A stretch of DNA of 32,948 bases from Candidatus Liptonbacteria bacterium CG11_big_fil_rev_8_21_14_0_20_35_14 (GCA_002796205.1 PCWO01000050.1:3090-36037), one strand, 5' to 3'. Shown: positions 17,252 through 25,314, counted from the stretch's first letter. Notes: a model not told the origin generated them from the letters alone. Program-made: numbers and translations.

Positions 17252-20200
17252 TTATTTATCTTCATTATTATTTTGGTTTTGACTTTTTATATATTCGGCG
17301 TCTCCTTGTTTTTCAATATTAAATCCTAAGGATTTAAGTTCGCTAATAAGCACATTAAAGGAGGCTGGAAGATTGGGACTTTTAATTTTTTCACCACGAA
17401 TAATAGACTCAAAGGTAGCAGAACGACCAATAATATCGTCTGATTTAATAGTTAACATTTCCTGTAATATGTGGGCAGCTCCGTATCCTTGCAAAGCCCA
17501 AACCTCCATTTCTCCAAATCTTTGTCCACCAAATTGAGCTTTACCACCAAGTGGTTGCTGGGTAATAAGGGAGTATGGTCCAATAGAACGAGAGTGAATT
17601 TTATCTTCTACTAAATGGTTTAGTTTAATCATATAAATGTAACCGACGGTAACTTTATTATCAAACTTTTCTCCGGTTTGACCGCTATAAAGATCAATTT
17701 TACCATCTTTAGGCAGACCGGCTTTGGTAAGTTCAGCTTGGATTTCTGTTTCGGTAGCACCAGAGAGAGAGGGAGTAATAGCTCTATAACCAAGCCGGCT
17801 AGCCGCCCAACCTAAATGAGTTTCTAAAATTTGTCCAAGATTCATACGAGAAACAACACCGAGAGGATTTAAAACAATATCAACTGGTGTTCCGTCAGCC
17901 AGATAAGGCATATCCTCAACCGCTCTAATTTGTGAAATAACGCCTTTATTTCCGTGACGACCAGCTAATTTATCACCAACTCTAACTTTTCTGATTTGAG
18001 CGACCTCAACTTGGATTCTTTTAATAACGCCCTGATCTAAGCTGTCTCCATGTTCACGAGAAAATACTTTTATACCGATAATACGTCCATATTTACCGTG
18101 CGGAATAGTAAGAGAAGTGTCTTTAACATCACGAGCTTTTTCTCCAAAAATAGCTCGTAATAATCTTTCCTCTGAAGTTAGTTCGGACTCACCTTTTGGA
18201 GAAATTTTTCCAACTAAAATATCGCCAACCTTAACTTCAGCTCCGACTCTAATAATGCCTTCTTCATCTAGGTTCTTTAACTTATCCTCACTAATATTTG
18301 GAATATCAGGAGTAGTAATTTCAGGCCCTAATTTAGTATCACGAACATCACAATAAAAATTTTCAATATGAATAGATGAAAATACATCTCTTTGCGCCGC
18401 GCGTTCAGAAATAACAATAGCGTCCTCAAAATTAGCCCCTTCAAATGATAAGAAAGCCACTAAAAGATTGTGACCCAAAGCTAAAACTCCATTCTCGCTT
18501 GATGGACCATCTACTAAAATATCACCCTTTTTAAAAGTAGATCCTTTTTTGACTAATGGTCTTTGTGAGATAGAGCCAAATTGATTAGAGCGCTTGAATT
18601 TCTCTATTTTATATTCTTTATTACCGGCTTTTTCATATTTTACTTTAAGACCAGAGGCATCAACTTCTAAAACCTCACCTTTTTCTTCAGCGATAACTAA
18701 ATAACCCGAATCACGAGCGGCTATTTCTTCAACACCAGTAGAAACAAAGGGAGACTCTGGTACTAAAGGAATAACAGCTTGTTTTTGCATATTTGAACCC
18801 ATAAGAGCACGGTTAGCATCATCGTGTTTTAGAAATGGAATTAAGGAAGTAGCAATACTGACAAACTGGTGGGGAGCTACGTCCATAAAATCAACTTCTT
18901 TATTAGCACAAGTTCCAGCTGTACCTTTAATACGGACTTCAACTAAACTACTTAAAATTTTTCCGTCATCAGACAGTTTAGTATCAGCGGGAGCTATTTT
19001 ATATTTTTCTTCATTAAAGGCATCTAGCCATTCAATATTTTTTGTGACTAGACCATTCTCTACCTTATAGTATGGGGTTTCTAAAAAGCCTAAAGAGTTA
19101 ACCCTAGAAAAATTGGCTAAGTGATTAACCAGACCAATATTTGAACCTTCGGGGGTGTGGATAGGGCAAATACGTCCATAGTATGAACTATGAACGTCAC
19201 GAACCTCAAAACCGGCTCTTTCTCTTATAAGACCACCTGGTCCCATAGATGAAAGCCTGCGTTTGTGTTCAAGTTCGGCCAAAGGATTAATCTGATCCAT
19301 AAATTGAGAAAGTTGAGATGAGGAGTAAAATTCTTTACTAATAGCCATTAAAAGTCTGGGGTTTATTAATTGAGCCGGGTTAAGAGAATCTTTATCTAAA
19401 GTAGACATTCTATCTTGAATAACCCGACGCATACGAGCAAAACCAACGCGAAGACGGTTTTGGAATAACTCCCCGATTGGCCTAATACGACGATTACCTA
19501 AGTGATCAATGTCGTCTGGAGCCTCTGTTTGAACATCGTTTAAATGAATAATTTCTTTAACAATATCCAAAATATCCTCCTGACTTAAGAGTCTATTAAC
19601 TCTATTTTTTACTCCCAATCTTTGGTTAAGTTTAAAACGACCAACTTCTGATAAATCATAACGGTCATCATTTTTAAACATATTATCTATTAAGTTTTTG
19701 GCGTTTTCAACGGTAGCCAGATCGCCCGGTCTAATTCTTTTATATATTTCTAAGTAAGCGGTTGAAACATCTTTAGCTGAATCTTTTTCTAGAGAGGCTT
19801 TAATAATTTTTTTACCTAATTCACTCACTTTATTAAAGGCTTTTAAAATTTGCTCATCTGTTTCAAATCCAAAAATACGCAAAAGACTAGTAACCGGAAC
19901 TTTGCGATTACGATCTATTTTAACTCCAATAATACCAGTTGATTCAGATTCAAATTCAATCCAAGCTCCACGGTTGGGAATAATTTTAGCGCCAAATAAT
20001 TTTCGCCCACGAAACATATTGGCAGTAAAATAAACACCGGGAGAACGAACTAACTGACTAACTACCACTCGTTCAACACCATTTATAATAAAAGTGCCCC
20101 GACCGGTCATAATAGGAAAATCACCCAAATATACTTCTTGGGTGTCTGCTTCTTTGGTAATTTTATTAACTAAACGTAATTTAGCTCTAAGAGCGGCTTC

Positions 20201-20449
20201 ATAGGTTGTATCTTTATAGCGTGATTGTTCTTCGGTGTATTTGGGCTGGTCAAAATAATAATCGTCAAAGAAAAGATCAAATTCTTTTCCAGTATAATCG
20301 CTAACTGGGGAGATTTCAGAAAATAATTCCTTTAACCCCCGACTCTCAAGCCAGGCAAATGAATTTTTTTGAATAGCATCTAACTTTGGCTGTGAATTGA
20401 ATGACTCTTTAAATGATGAAAAAACTTTAGTGGTATTTTTGGTTGGCAT
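17252..20449 (-). CDS. rpoB: DNA-directed RNA polymerase subunit beta
   Basis: Conserved beta motifs (SQLSQFMDQINPL rifampicin region, GRHGNKGV, GGQRFGEMEVWAL). 1065 aa, with a 2-nt gap to rpoC. Confidence 0.98.
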   Translation of the reverse strand: MPTKNTTKVFSSFKESFNSQPKLDAIQKNSFAWLESRGLKELFSEISPVSDYTGKEFDLFFDDYYFDQPKYTEEQSRYKDTTYEAALRAKLRLVNKITKEADTQEVYLGDFPIMTGRGTFIINGVERVVVSQLVRSPGVYFTANMFRGRKLFGAKIIPNRGAWIEFESESTGIIGVKIDRNRKVPVTSLLRIFGFETDEQILKAFNKVSELGKKIIKASLEKDSAKDVSTAYLEIYKRIRPGDLATVENAKNLIDNMFKNDDRYDLSEVGRFKLNQRLGVKNRVNRLLSQEDILDIVKEIIHLNDVQTEAPDDIDHLGNRRIRPIGELFQNRLRVGFARMRRVIQDRMSTLDKDSLNPAQLINPRLLMAISKEFYSSSQLSQFMDQINPLAELEHKRRLSSMGPGGLIRERAGFEVRDVHSSYYGRICPIHTPEGSNIGLVNHLANFSRVNSLGFLETPYYKVENGLVTKNIEWLDAFNEEKYKIAPADTKLSDDGKILSSLVEVRIKGTAGTCANKEVDFMDVAPHQFVSIATSLIPFLKHDDANRALMGSNMQKQAVIPLVPESPFVSTGVEEIAARDSGYLVIAEEKGEVLEVDASGLKVKYEKAGNKEYKIEKFKRSNQFGSISQRPLVKKGSTFKKGDILVDGPSSENGVLALGHNLLVAFLSFEGANFEDAIVISERAAQRDVFSSIHIENFYCDVRDTKLGPEITTPDIPNISEDKLKNLDEEGIIRVGAEVKVGDILVGKISPKGESELTSEERLLRAIFGEKARDVKDTSLTIPHGKYGRIIGIKVFSREHGDSLDQGVIKRIQVEVAQIRKVRVGDKLAGRHGNKGVISQIRAVEDMPYLADGTPVDIVLNPLGVVSRMNLGQILETHLGWAASRLGYRAITPSLSGATETEIQAELTKAGLPKDGKIDLYSGQTGEKFDNKVTVGYIYMIKLNHLVEDKIHSRSIGPYSLITQQPLGGKAQFGGQRFGEMEVWALQGYGAAHILQEMLTIKSDDIIGRSATFESIIRGEKIKSPNLPASFNVLISELKSLGFNIEKQGDAEYIKSQNQNNNEDK

Positions 20450-20635
20450 AACTTTTATATGTTATAATTATTGAAAGAAAAGAGGGCGACTATATGTATT
20501 TATTAATAAATATTTGTGTTTAATCAAGTAAAAAAGCCGAAAATAATCTATAGATTTTACTTAAATAAAACTTTAGCGTTTATTTTATATTTTTTCGGCG
20601 ATAACTCATTGAAGAGTTTTAATACTTAATGACCG

Positions 20636-21394
20636 TTAGTTTAAATATTTGTAGCGGTTACTATTATGTTCTTCAAGCGTGCGACTAAAAATTGTTTTAC
20701 CAGTTTTGGGGTCATTTAGGTAAAACCAATATGGGGATTTTTTAGCTTCTATAACAGCTTGAAGAGCTTCTGACCCGGGATTTGAAATGGGCGCTGGGGG
20801 CAATCCTTTATAGAGATAAGTATTATACTGCGAATCTATCTCTTTATCAGACTTGGTTATAGGGTAACAGCTTTCACCCTCTAAGTCAACAGAAAAGTCC
20901 CGATAGAGTTTAATATAACACAAGGTAGCATCTAATTGCAAGAGCATATTAATAGATAGCCTTTTTTTAATAAGTCCAGCGACTATTTTTCTATCCTCAT
21001 AGTCGGGCACTTCCTTCTCTATTATAGAGGCAATAATTAAATTTATATCAAAATTATTTATATCTTCTTTAAGAATGGGTTCGGCTTTATTTTGAAAATT
21101 TTCTAAAAATTTATTTTTTATAACTAAAGCGGTAGAGCCTTCATAAAATCTGTATGTATCCGGGTATAGATAGCCTTCTATATTATTATAATTTAATAAA
21201 GTTTCACCATCGCGTAATACTCCGTTTTGAGTTAAAAGATTATTTATTTCTTTAACAGTTTTACCTTCATGGATAACAACTGATATCTCTTTGTTAATTT
21301 TAGAATTTGTGACAAAAAAAGACTCTAATAAAAAAGAGATAACAAAGGTTGATAAAGCTATTATTAGTAATGATTTAATTAATTCTTTAGACAC
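20636..21394 (-). CDS. mltG: Endolytic murein transglycosylase MltG (YceG family)
   Basis: N-terminal TM helix plus the YceG motifs GYLYPDTYRF, ASIIEKE, LQLDATLCY and YNTYLYKGLPPAPISNPG. Confidence 0.9.
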   Translation of the reverse strand: MSKELIKSLLIIALSTFVISFLLESFFVTNSKINKEISVVIHEGKTVKEINNLLTQNGVLRDGETLLNYNNIEGYLYPDTYRFYEGSTALVIKNKFLENFQNKAEPILKEDINNFDINLIIASIIEKEVPDYEDRKIVAGLIKKRLSINMLLQLDATLCYIKLYRDFSVDLEGESCYPITKSDKEIDSQYNTYLYKGLPPAPISNPGSEALQAVIEAKKSPYWFYLNDPKTGKTIFSRTLEEHNSNRYKYLN

Positions 21395-22442
21395 GGGTGG
21401 TGATAGAATTGATTATAGCGATAAGAGTAAAACTCATCAACATATTAGAACCTCCATAACTTAAAAATGGAAAGGGTATACCTATAACGGGCAGAAGTCC
21501 TAAAACGGAGCCTGTGTTTATCGTAAAATGAATAAGTAATATTACCACAGATCCTAAACAAAAAAAACGTATAAAATTATTTTCAGCTACATTGACGCCT
21601 ATATTTATTATTTCACGGCATAAAAAAGAAAAAGCTCCGATTATAATTAGCCCACCTAACAATCCCCACTCCTCTATAAAAGCTGGTAATATAAAATCAT
21701 TTTGAGATTCTGGTAAAAAACCTAATTGAACTTGAGTACCTTGGCCAAACCCTTTGCCTAAAAAACCGCTTGAACCAATGGCTATTTTAGATTGAATAAC
21801 ATTATAGTTAATACCTAAAGGATCGGATTCGGGAGAAAATAAACCAATAATGCGATCTTTTTGATAATTAGCTAATAATCCCCAAGAAATAAAAGAACCT
21901 AATATTAATAATATAAGGCCGATAATAATATGCTTTTTAGTTAGACCAGAAAATAGGATAAAACTTAACCACATACCAAACAAAACTAGAACCGAACCTA
22001 AATCTGGTTGATTTAAAACTATAACACTCGGAATTAATAAGAGAATTAGAGGAGTAATTATATTTCTAATATCCGCTAAAGAATTATGTTTTTTGGCAAA
22101 AAAATAAGCATACATTAAAAGTAAAGATATTTTTATTAATTCCACAGGTTGAAGGGCAAATATTCCTAAAGGAATCCAGGCTTTAATGCCACGAATTGGA
22201 CTAAAAAATAAGGTGGAGAAAACTAAAATTATAGATAAAATATAGATTATAAAAATAAATTCTCTATTATTTAATAGCGCTCTAACATCAATATATTTAA
22301 AAGATAAAATTATAATATTTCCTAAAATAATCCACATGAGTTGGAGATAAAAAAGTCTTGTATTAATAGAAAAAAGTATTAATAGGCTAGAGGCAGACAA
22401 TATATAAATAGGCAGTAATAGCTTAAAAGAATGGGTCAACAT
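21387..22442 (-). CDS. SEDS-family peptidoglycan polymerase (FtsW/RodA/SpoVE family)
   Basis: Polytopic membrane protein with QPVELIKISLLL, LPESQNDFILPAFIEEWG and PFPFLSYGGSNML. FtsW and RodA cannot be distinguished by eye. Confidence 0.9.
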   Translation of the reverse strand: MLTHSFKLLLPIYILSASSLLILFSINTRLFYLQLMWIILGNIIILSFKYIDVRALLNNREFIFIIYILSIILVFSTLFFSPIRGIKAWIPLGIFALQPVELIKISLLLMYAYFFAKKHNSLADIRNIITPLILLLIPSVIVLNQPDLGSVLVLFGMWLSFILFSGLTKKHIIIGLILLILGSFISWGLLANYQKDRIIGLFSPESDPLGINYNVIQSKIAIGSSGFLGKGFGQGTQVQLGFLPESQNDFILPAFIEEWGLLGGLIIIGAFSFLCREIINIGVNVAENNFIRFFCLGSVVILLIHFTINTGSVLGLLPVIGIPFPFLSYGGSNMLMSFTLIAIINSITTRV

Positions 22443-22450
22443 ATTTTAAA

Positions 22451-23212
22451 TTAATATAATATACCTTGTATATTAGGGCGTTTGGCTTCTATAAAAATTC
22501 TTGTTTTAGATAAATCAGCGCCAACATCTGGATGAGTTATATCAAATCTTCTTTGTTCAAAAGATAAAACATCAAAAATAATAGTGCGCGAGGCGCCTAT
22601 AATAGTATTAACTTCATTGTAGTATAGGGCGTTAATAATAATTTCTGGAAAAGGGTTGGTTTCATTATTAGAGACTAGGCCGTTGGTTTTAATAAATTGC
22701 CCATCGGTTGAATGTGTTACTTGAATAGTACCAACTTTAGGAAGGCTGAAATTATTTCTAGATTCCCATAATTTTTCCCTATTAACAACAACGCTTATCT
22801 GGTCGGATATAAATTTATCTATAGCCGGATGAATAATATATTTTATTTCAGAGGGATAAATAAATGATTCATTTTCTATTATATTTTTATCGTTGGAAGG
22901 ATCTTTAATTGAGTATTTAAAATTAACAACCCCATAGGTGCTATTAGGATTTTCTATGCGTAAAACTATGGAGGATTTTTGATTACCGGAATCCAAAACC
23001 AGGGCTTCTACCACTTTAATATCGGATAGATTTTTAATACTACAAGCAATACAACTGCCACCACAATCTATATTTTCTTCTAATCCATTTAATTTATTAT
23101 CAAAACAGGATGGGGCCGGGGAGGCTATATTATATCCCCCATATCCAATTAGTCCTAGGATAATTAAATAAAAAATACCGTATAAAAATTGTTTTAGAAG
23201 GCGGTTTTTCAT
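22451..23212 (-). CDS. Membrane-anchored hypothetical protein with a CFDN...DCGGSCIAC motif
   Basis: I place the start at the ATG at 23212 (MKNRLLKQFLYGIFYLIILGLIGY...). The first 53 codons of the track ORF overlap the 5S rRNA and its terminator and are rejected. It heads the SEDS-mltG gene string. Confidence 0.65.
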   Translation of the reverse strand: MKNRLLKQFLYGIFYLIILGLIGYGGYNIASPAPSCFDNKLNGLEENIDCGGSCIACSIKNLSDIKVVEALVLDSGNQKSSIVLRIENPNSTYGVVNFKYSIKDPSNDKNIIENESFIYPSEIKYIIHPAIDKFISDQISVVVNREKLWESRNNFSLPKVGTIQVTHSTDGQFIKTNGLVSNNETNPFPEIIINALYYNEVNTIIGASRTIIFDVLSFEQRRFDITHPDVGADLSKTRIFIEAKRPNIQGILY

Positions 23213-23225
23213 ATAAACATTATAG

Positions 23226-23256
23226 TACAAAAAAACGACCTTAGGTAGTCGTTTCT
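23226..23256 (-). terminator. Intrinsic terminator after the 5S rRNA
   Basis: On the minus strand, AAACGAC / GTCGTTT stem (23233-23239 with 23248-23254) with an 8-nt loop, followed by TTTTGTAC. Confidence 0.5.
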
Positions 23257-23271
23257 CTGTAGTTTTGAGCA

Positions 23272-23392
23272 ATGATATCCCGGCAAATCCTACTTTCCCC
23301 ACATTTAGAGTATCATCGGAATTATATGATTTCACTACCGAGTTCGGAATGGAATCGGGTGGGACACACATAATTAAATCACCGAGAAATCA
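23272..23392 (-). rRNA. rrf: 5S ribosomal RNA
   Basis: Minus strand contains GTCCCACCCGATTCCATTCCGAACTCGGTAGTGAAA ... GGGGAAAGTAGGATTTGCCGGGA, matching the universal 5S core. The terminal helix is extended by a 14-bp stem, GTTTTGAGCAATGAT (23403-23389) / ATCATTGCTCAAAAC (23276-23262). Mature ends are therefore uncertain by about 10 nt. Confidence 0.88.
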
Positions 23393-23404
23393 TTGCTCAA
23401 AACT

Positions 23405-23433
23405 AATACGTTTAAGTAAATAACAAATCAAAC
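23405..23433 (-). promoter_or_regulatory. 3' strand of the 23S precursor processing stem
   Basis: Its plus-strand sequence aatacgtttaagtaaataacaaatcaaac is nearly identical to the reverse complement of 27777-27803. In the minus-strand transcript the two flanks therefore pair. The stem is about 25 bp with 1 mismatch, 1 G-U pair and a 2-nt bulge. It brackets the 23S, like an RNase III processing stem. Confidence 0.6.
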
Positions 23434-23555
23434 CGCTCATGGTTGAGACGACTGCTCGTTCATTAGTACTCCTTGGCTAAACACATTACTGTGCGTACAC
23501 CTAGAGCCTATCAACGTGGTAGTCTTCCACGAGAACATATATCTTATCTTGGGAG

Positions 23556-23591
<36 letters not shown>

Positions 23592-23668
23592 TCCGAACAT
23601 AGCTACTCGGCATTTCACCTGGTGGCAAAGCCGATAGACCAGTGGTTCGTCCAACTCGGTCCTCTCGT

Positions 23669-24295
23669 CGCTTACACTTAATTAGTGTTTATTCCCCTAT
23701 TTCTAGGGGCGCAGACTATATCTTCACCCAATCTTTGGAACTTAGAAGTTTAACTTCATATTCTTTAAATTTCTCTTAAATTTTTAAGAGGATTGGGGAC
23801 GGCGTATTAGTATTATTAAATAATACTCTCTCCTTTCGGATCAGTCGTTACGGGGTCAAACCTAAAATTTTCACAAGGTCTTCTTTACTTTTCTTTCTAT
23901 GTGATTTGTAATTTTCACTTTGAATAGACAAAATCCAATTTATAATTTTTTTAAGATCCGATTTGTTTAAATCTGATATTTTTTTGGATTCTAATAAAGA
24001 TGATGTTTTTAACATAATTTCAGCCTGTTTTTTCTTAAACTTAAGATCTCGTCTTTTTTTAACTTGAATCATTAAACTACCATCTCCATCAAGAAAGCCT
24101 GCTATATATGCCATATTTATTTTAGATTGACTTCCCACGGTATTGCCTTAAAAATTATTGGTCCTCAAGTATTATACCATAAGAGACGGACCGTTGTCAC
24201 TTATGAGCCGTGATACTGACCATATAATTTATGAAGGTTTCACCGTTATTAGCCGTTTTGTCATCATGAATTACTTCATGAAGTAGCAATTTTTT
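23669..24295 (-). mobile_element. Group I intron inserted in the sarcin-ricin loop of 23S rRNA (between U2656 and A2657, E. coli numbering by my alignment)
   Basis: Exon sequence ...GCTGACTCTAGT | ACGAGAGGACCGAG is contiguous only after removing 627 nt. The upstream exon ends in U and the intron ends in G. P1 is possible (exon UAGU with intron GCUA). The group I core S element GAAGATATAGTC lies at 23711-23725 and the R-like GTAACGACTGATC at 23837-23851, with GACUG/UAGUC forming P7. Confidence 0.8.
23848..24138 (-). CDS. Internally deleted LAGLIDADG homing-endonuclease remnant (96 aa), intron-encoded
   Basis: It retains the [12 protein letters not shown] motif and the C-terminal helical region (KKKQAEIMLK...). 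Roughly 60 residues of beta-sheet DNA-binding core are missing relative to the neighbouring intron ORF and to I-CreI. The track start is GTG; an ATG start lies at 24114. The stop overlaps the intron R element. Confidence 0.7.
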   Translation of the reverse strand: MGSQSKINMAYIAGFLDGDGSLMIQVKKRRDLKFKKKQAEIMLKTSSLLESKKISDLNKSDLKKIINWILSIQSENYKSHRKKSKEDLVKILGLTP

Positions 24296-24358
24296 ACTAG
24301 AGTCAGCTTCCCTCAAATATTTAACGCCTGCAGTAGATAGAGACCAACCTGTCTCACG

Positions 24359-25062
24359 CATGTATTCCCATTATTACTAATGGCATTGGACTATAAATTC
24401 ATCCTTAATCTATTAAGGAGGCTAACGTTTAGTCTCTACGGGTGTCATTATACGTTTTTTTCTATTTTTAGAATAATTTAAATCTTTATAGATATAAATT
24501 AAATCTAAAAGTTTTTGAAAATCATTTTCATTTTTAACAGATTTTTTAGCTTTTATAATTTTAAGCATTAAATCTGCTTGTTTTTTCTTAAGAATTAAAA
24601 ATGGAGAAATATTTTTAATAAAAGATTCAATGTCATCTATACGATTTATTGAATATTCTAATATTCCATCTTTTCTTAATCTTAATTTTCCAAAACCAAT
24701 TAAGTTGCATATTTTCTTAAAAGCTTCTTTATCTTTTTGAGCTTGAAAAAGAACTATATATAAAGCTATTTAAAAATCATATTTATATGATTTATTAGGT
24801 TTAGCTCTAGCATATATACTACCGTCTCCATCAAGGAAACCGGCTATGTATGATTTCTTAATTGGTGTAAGTGATTTTAACATATAAGACTTCCCTCGGT
24901 ATTATCCTAACATATGACAGGTTATTTTAAAATAACTTATCACTAGGACTTCACCGATATAAGTTAGCTTTACACATAGAAATTACTTTCTATGGCCGCC
25001 GTGTATGATGTCATTTGCCTCGGGCTCAGACTGTTTAAAAGCCGATAAATATCCGCTTCTAA
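24359..25062 (-). mobile_element. Group I intron at the L2593-type (I-CreI-type) site of 23S rRNA
   Basis: Exon sequence GGGTTCAGACCGT | CGTGAGACAGGTTGG is contiguous after removing 704 nt. The upstream exon ends in U and the intron ends in G. P1 is possible (exon CCGU with intron GCGG). R element GTAGAGACTAAACG lies at 24426-24439 and S element AATTTATAGTCC at about 24388-24399. Confidence 0.82.
24422..24883 (-). pseudogene. I-CreI-like single-motif LAGLIDADG homing endonuclease with one in-frame TAA (codon 38)
   Basis: Manual translation: [152 protein letters not shown]. The internal stop is at 24770-24772. The ORF is absent from the track because the stop splits it. Confidence 0.78.
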
Positions 25063-25283
25063 ACGGTCTGAACCCAGCTCGCGTACCTTTTTAATTGGCG
25101 AACAGCCAAACGCTTGGGACCTTCTCCAGCCCCGCGCTAAGATGAGCCGACATCGAGGTGCCGAACCTTGCCGTCGCTATGGACGCTCGGGCAAGACTAG
25201 CCTGTTATCCCCAGGGTAGCTTTTATCCGTTGTCTCCGACCTTCCTGTAAAGGTTCGTCGGGTCATTAAGTTCCGCTTTCGCG

Positions 25284-25314
<31 letters not shown>

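Noticed and set aside
13822-18356. Plus-strand ORFs inside rpoC and rpoB (13822..14103, 14046..14318, 14242..14502, 14896..15084, 15207..15482, 16977..17213, 18117..18356)
   Set aside because: They are antisense to unambiguous, highly conserved RNA polymerase genes and give low-complexity translations.
23213-23371. N-terminal 53 codons of track ORF 22451..23371 (MCVPPDSIPNSVVKSY...)
   Set aside because: This stretch is the reverse-strand reading of the 5S rRNA gene and its terminator. The biologically sensible start is the ATG at 23212, just before the TM helix.
24770-24772. Alternative genetic code or programmed recoding as the explanation for the in-frame TAA in the intron ORF
   Set aside because: Long housekeeping ORFs are uninterrupted under the standard code. 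TAA, TAG and TGA are all used as terminators in the window (for example parB TAA, rpoC TAG, dprA TGA). A nonsense mutation or sequencing error is the simpler explanation.
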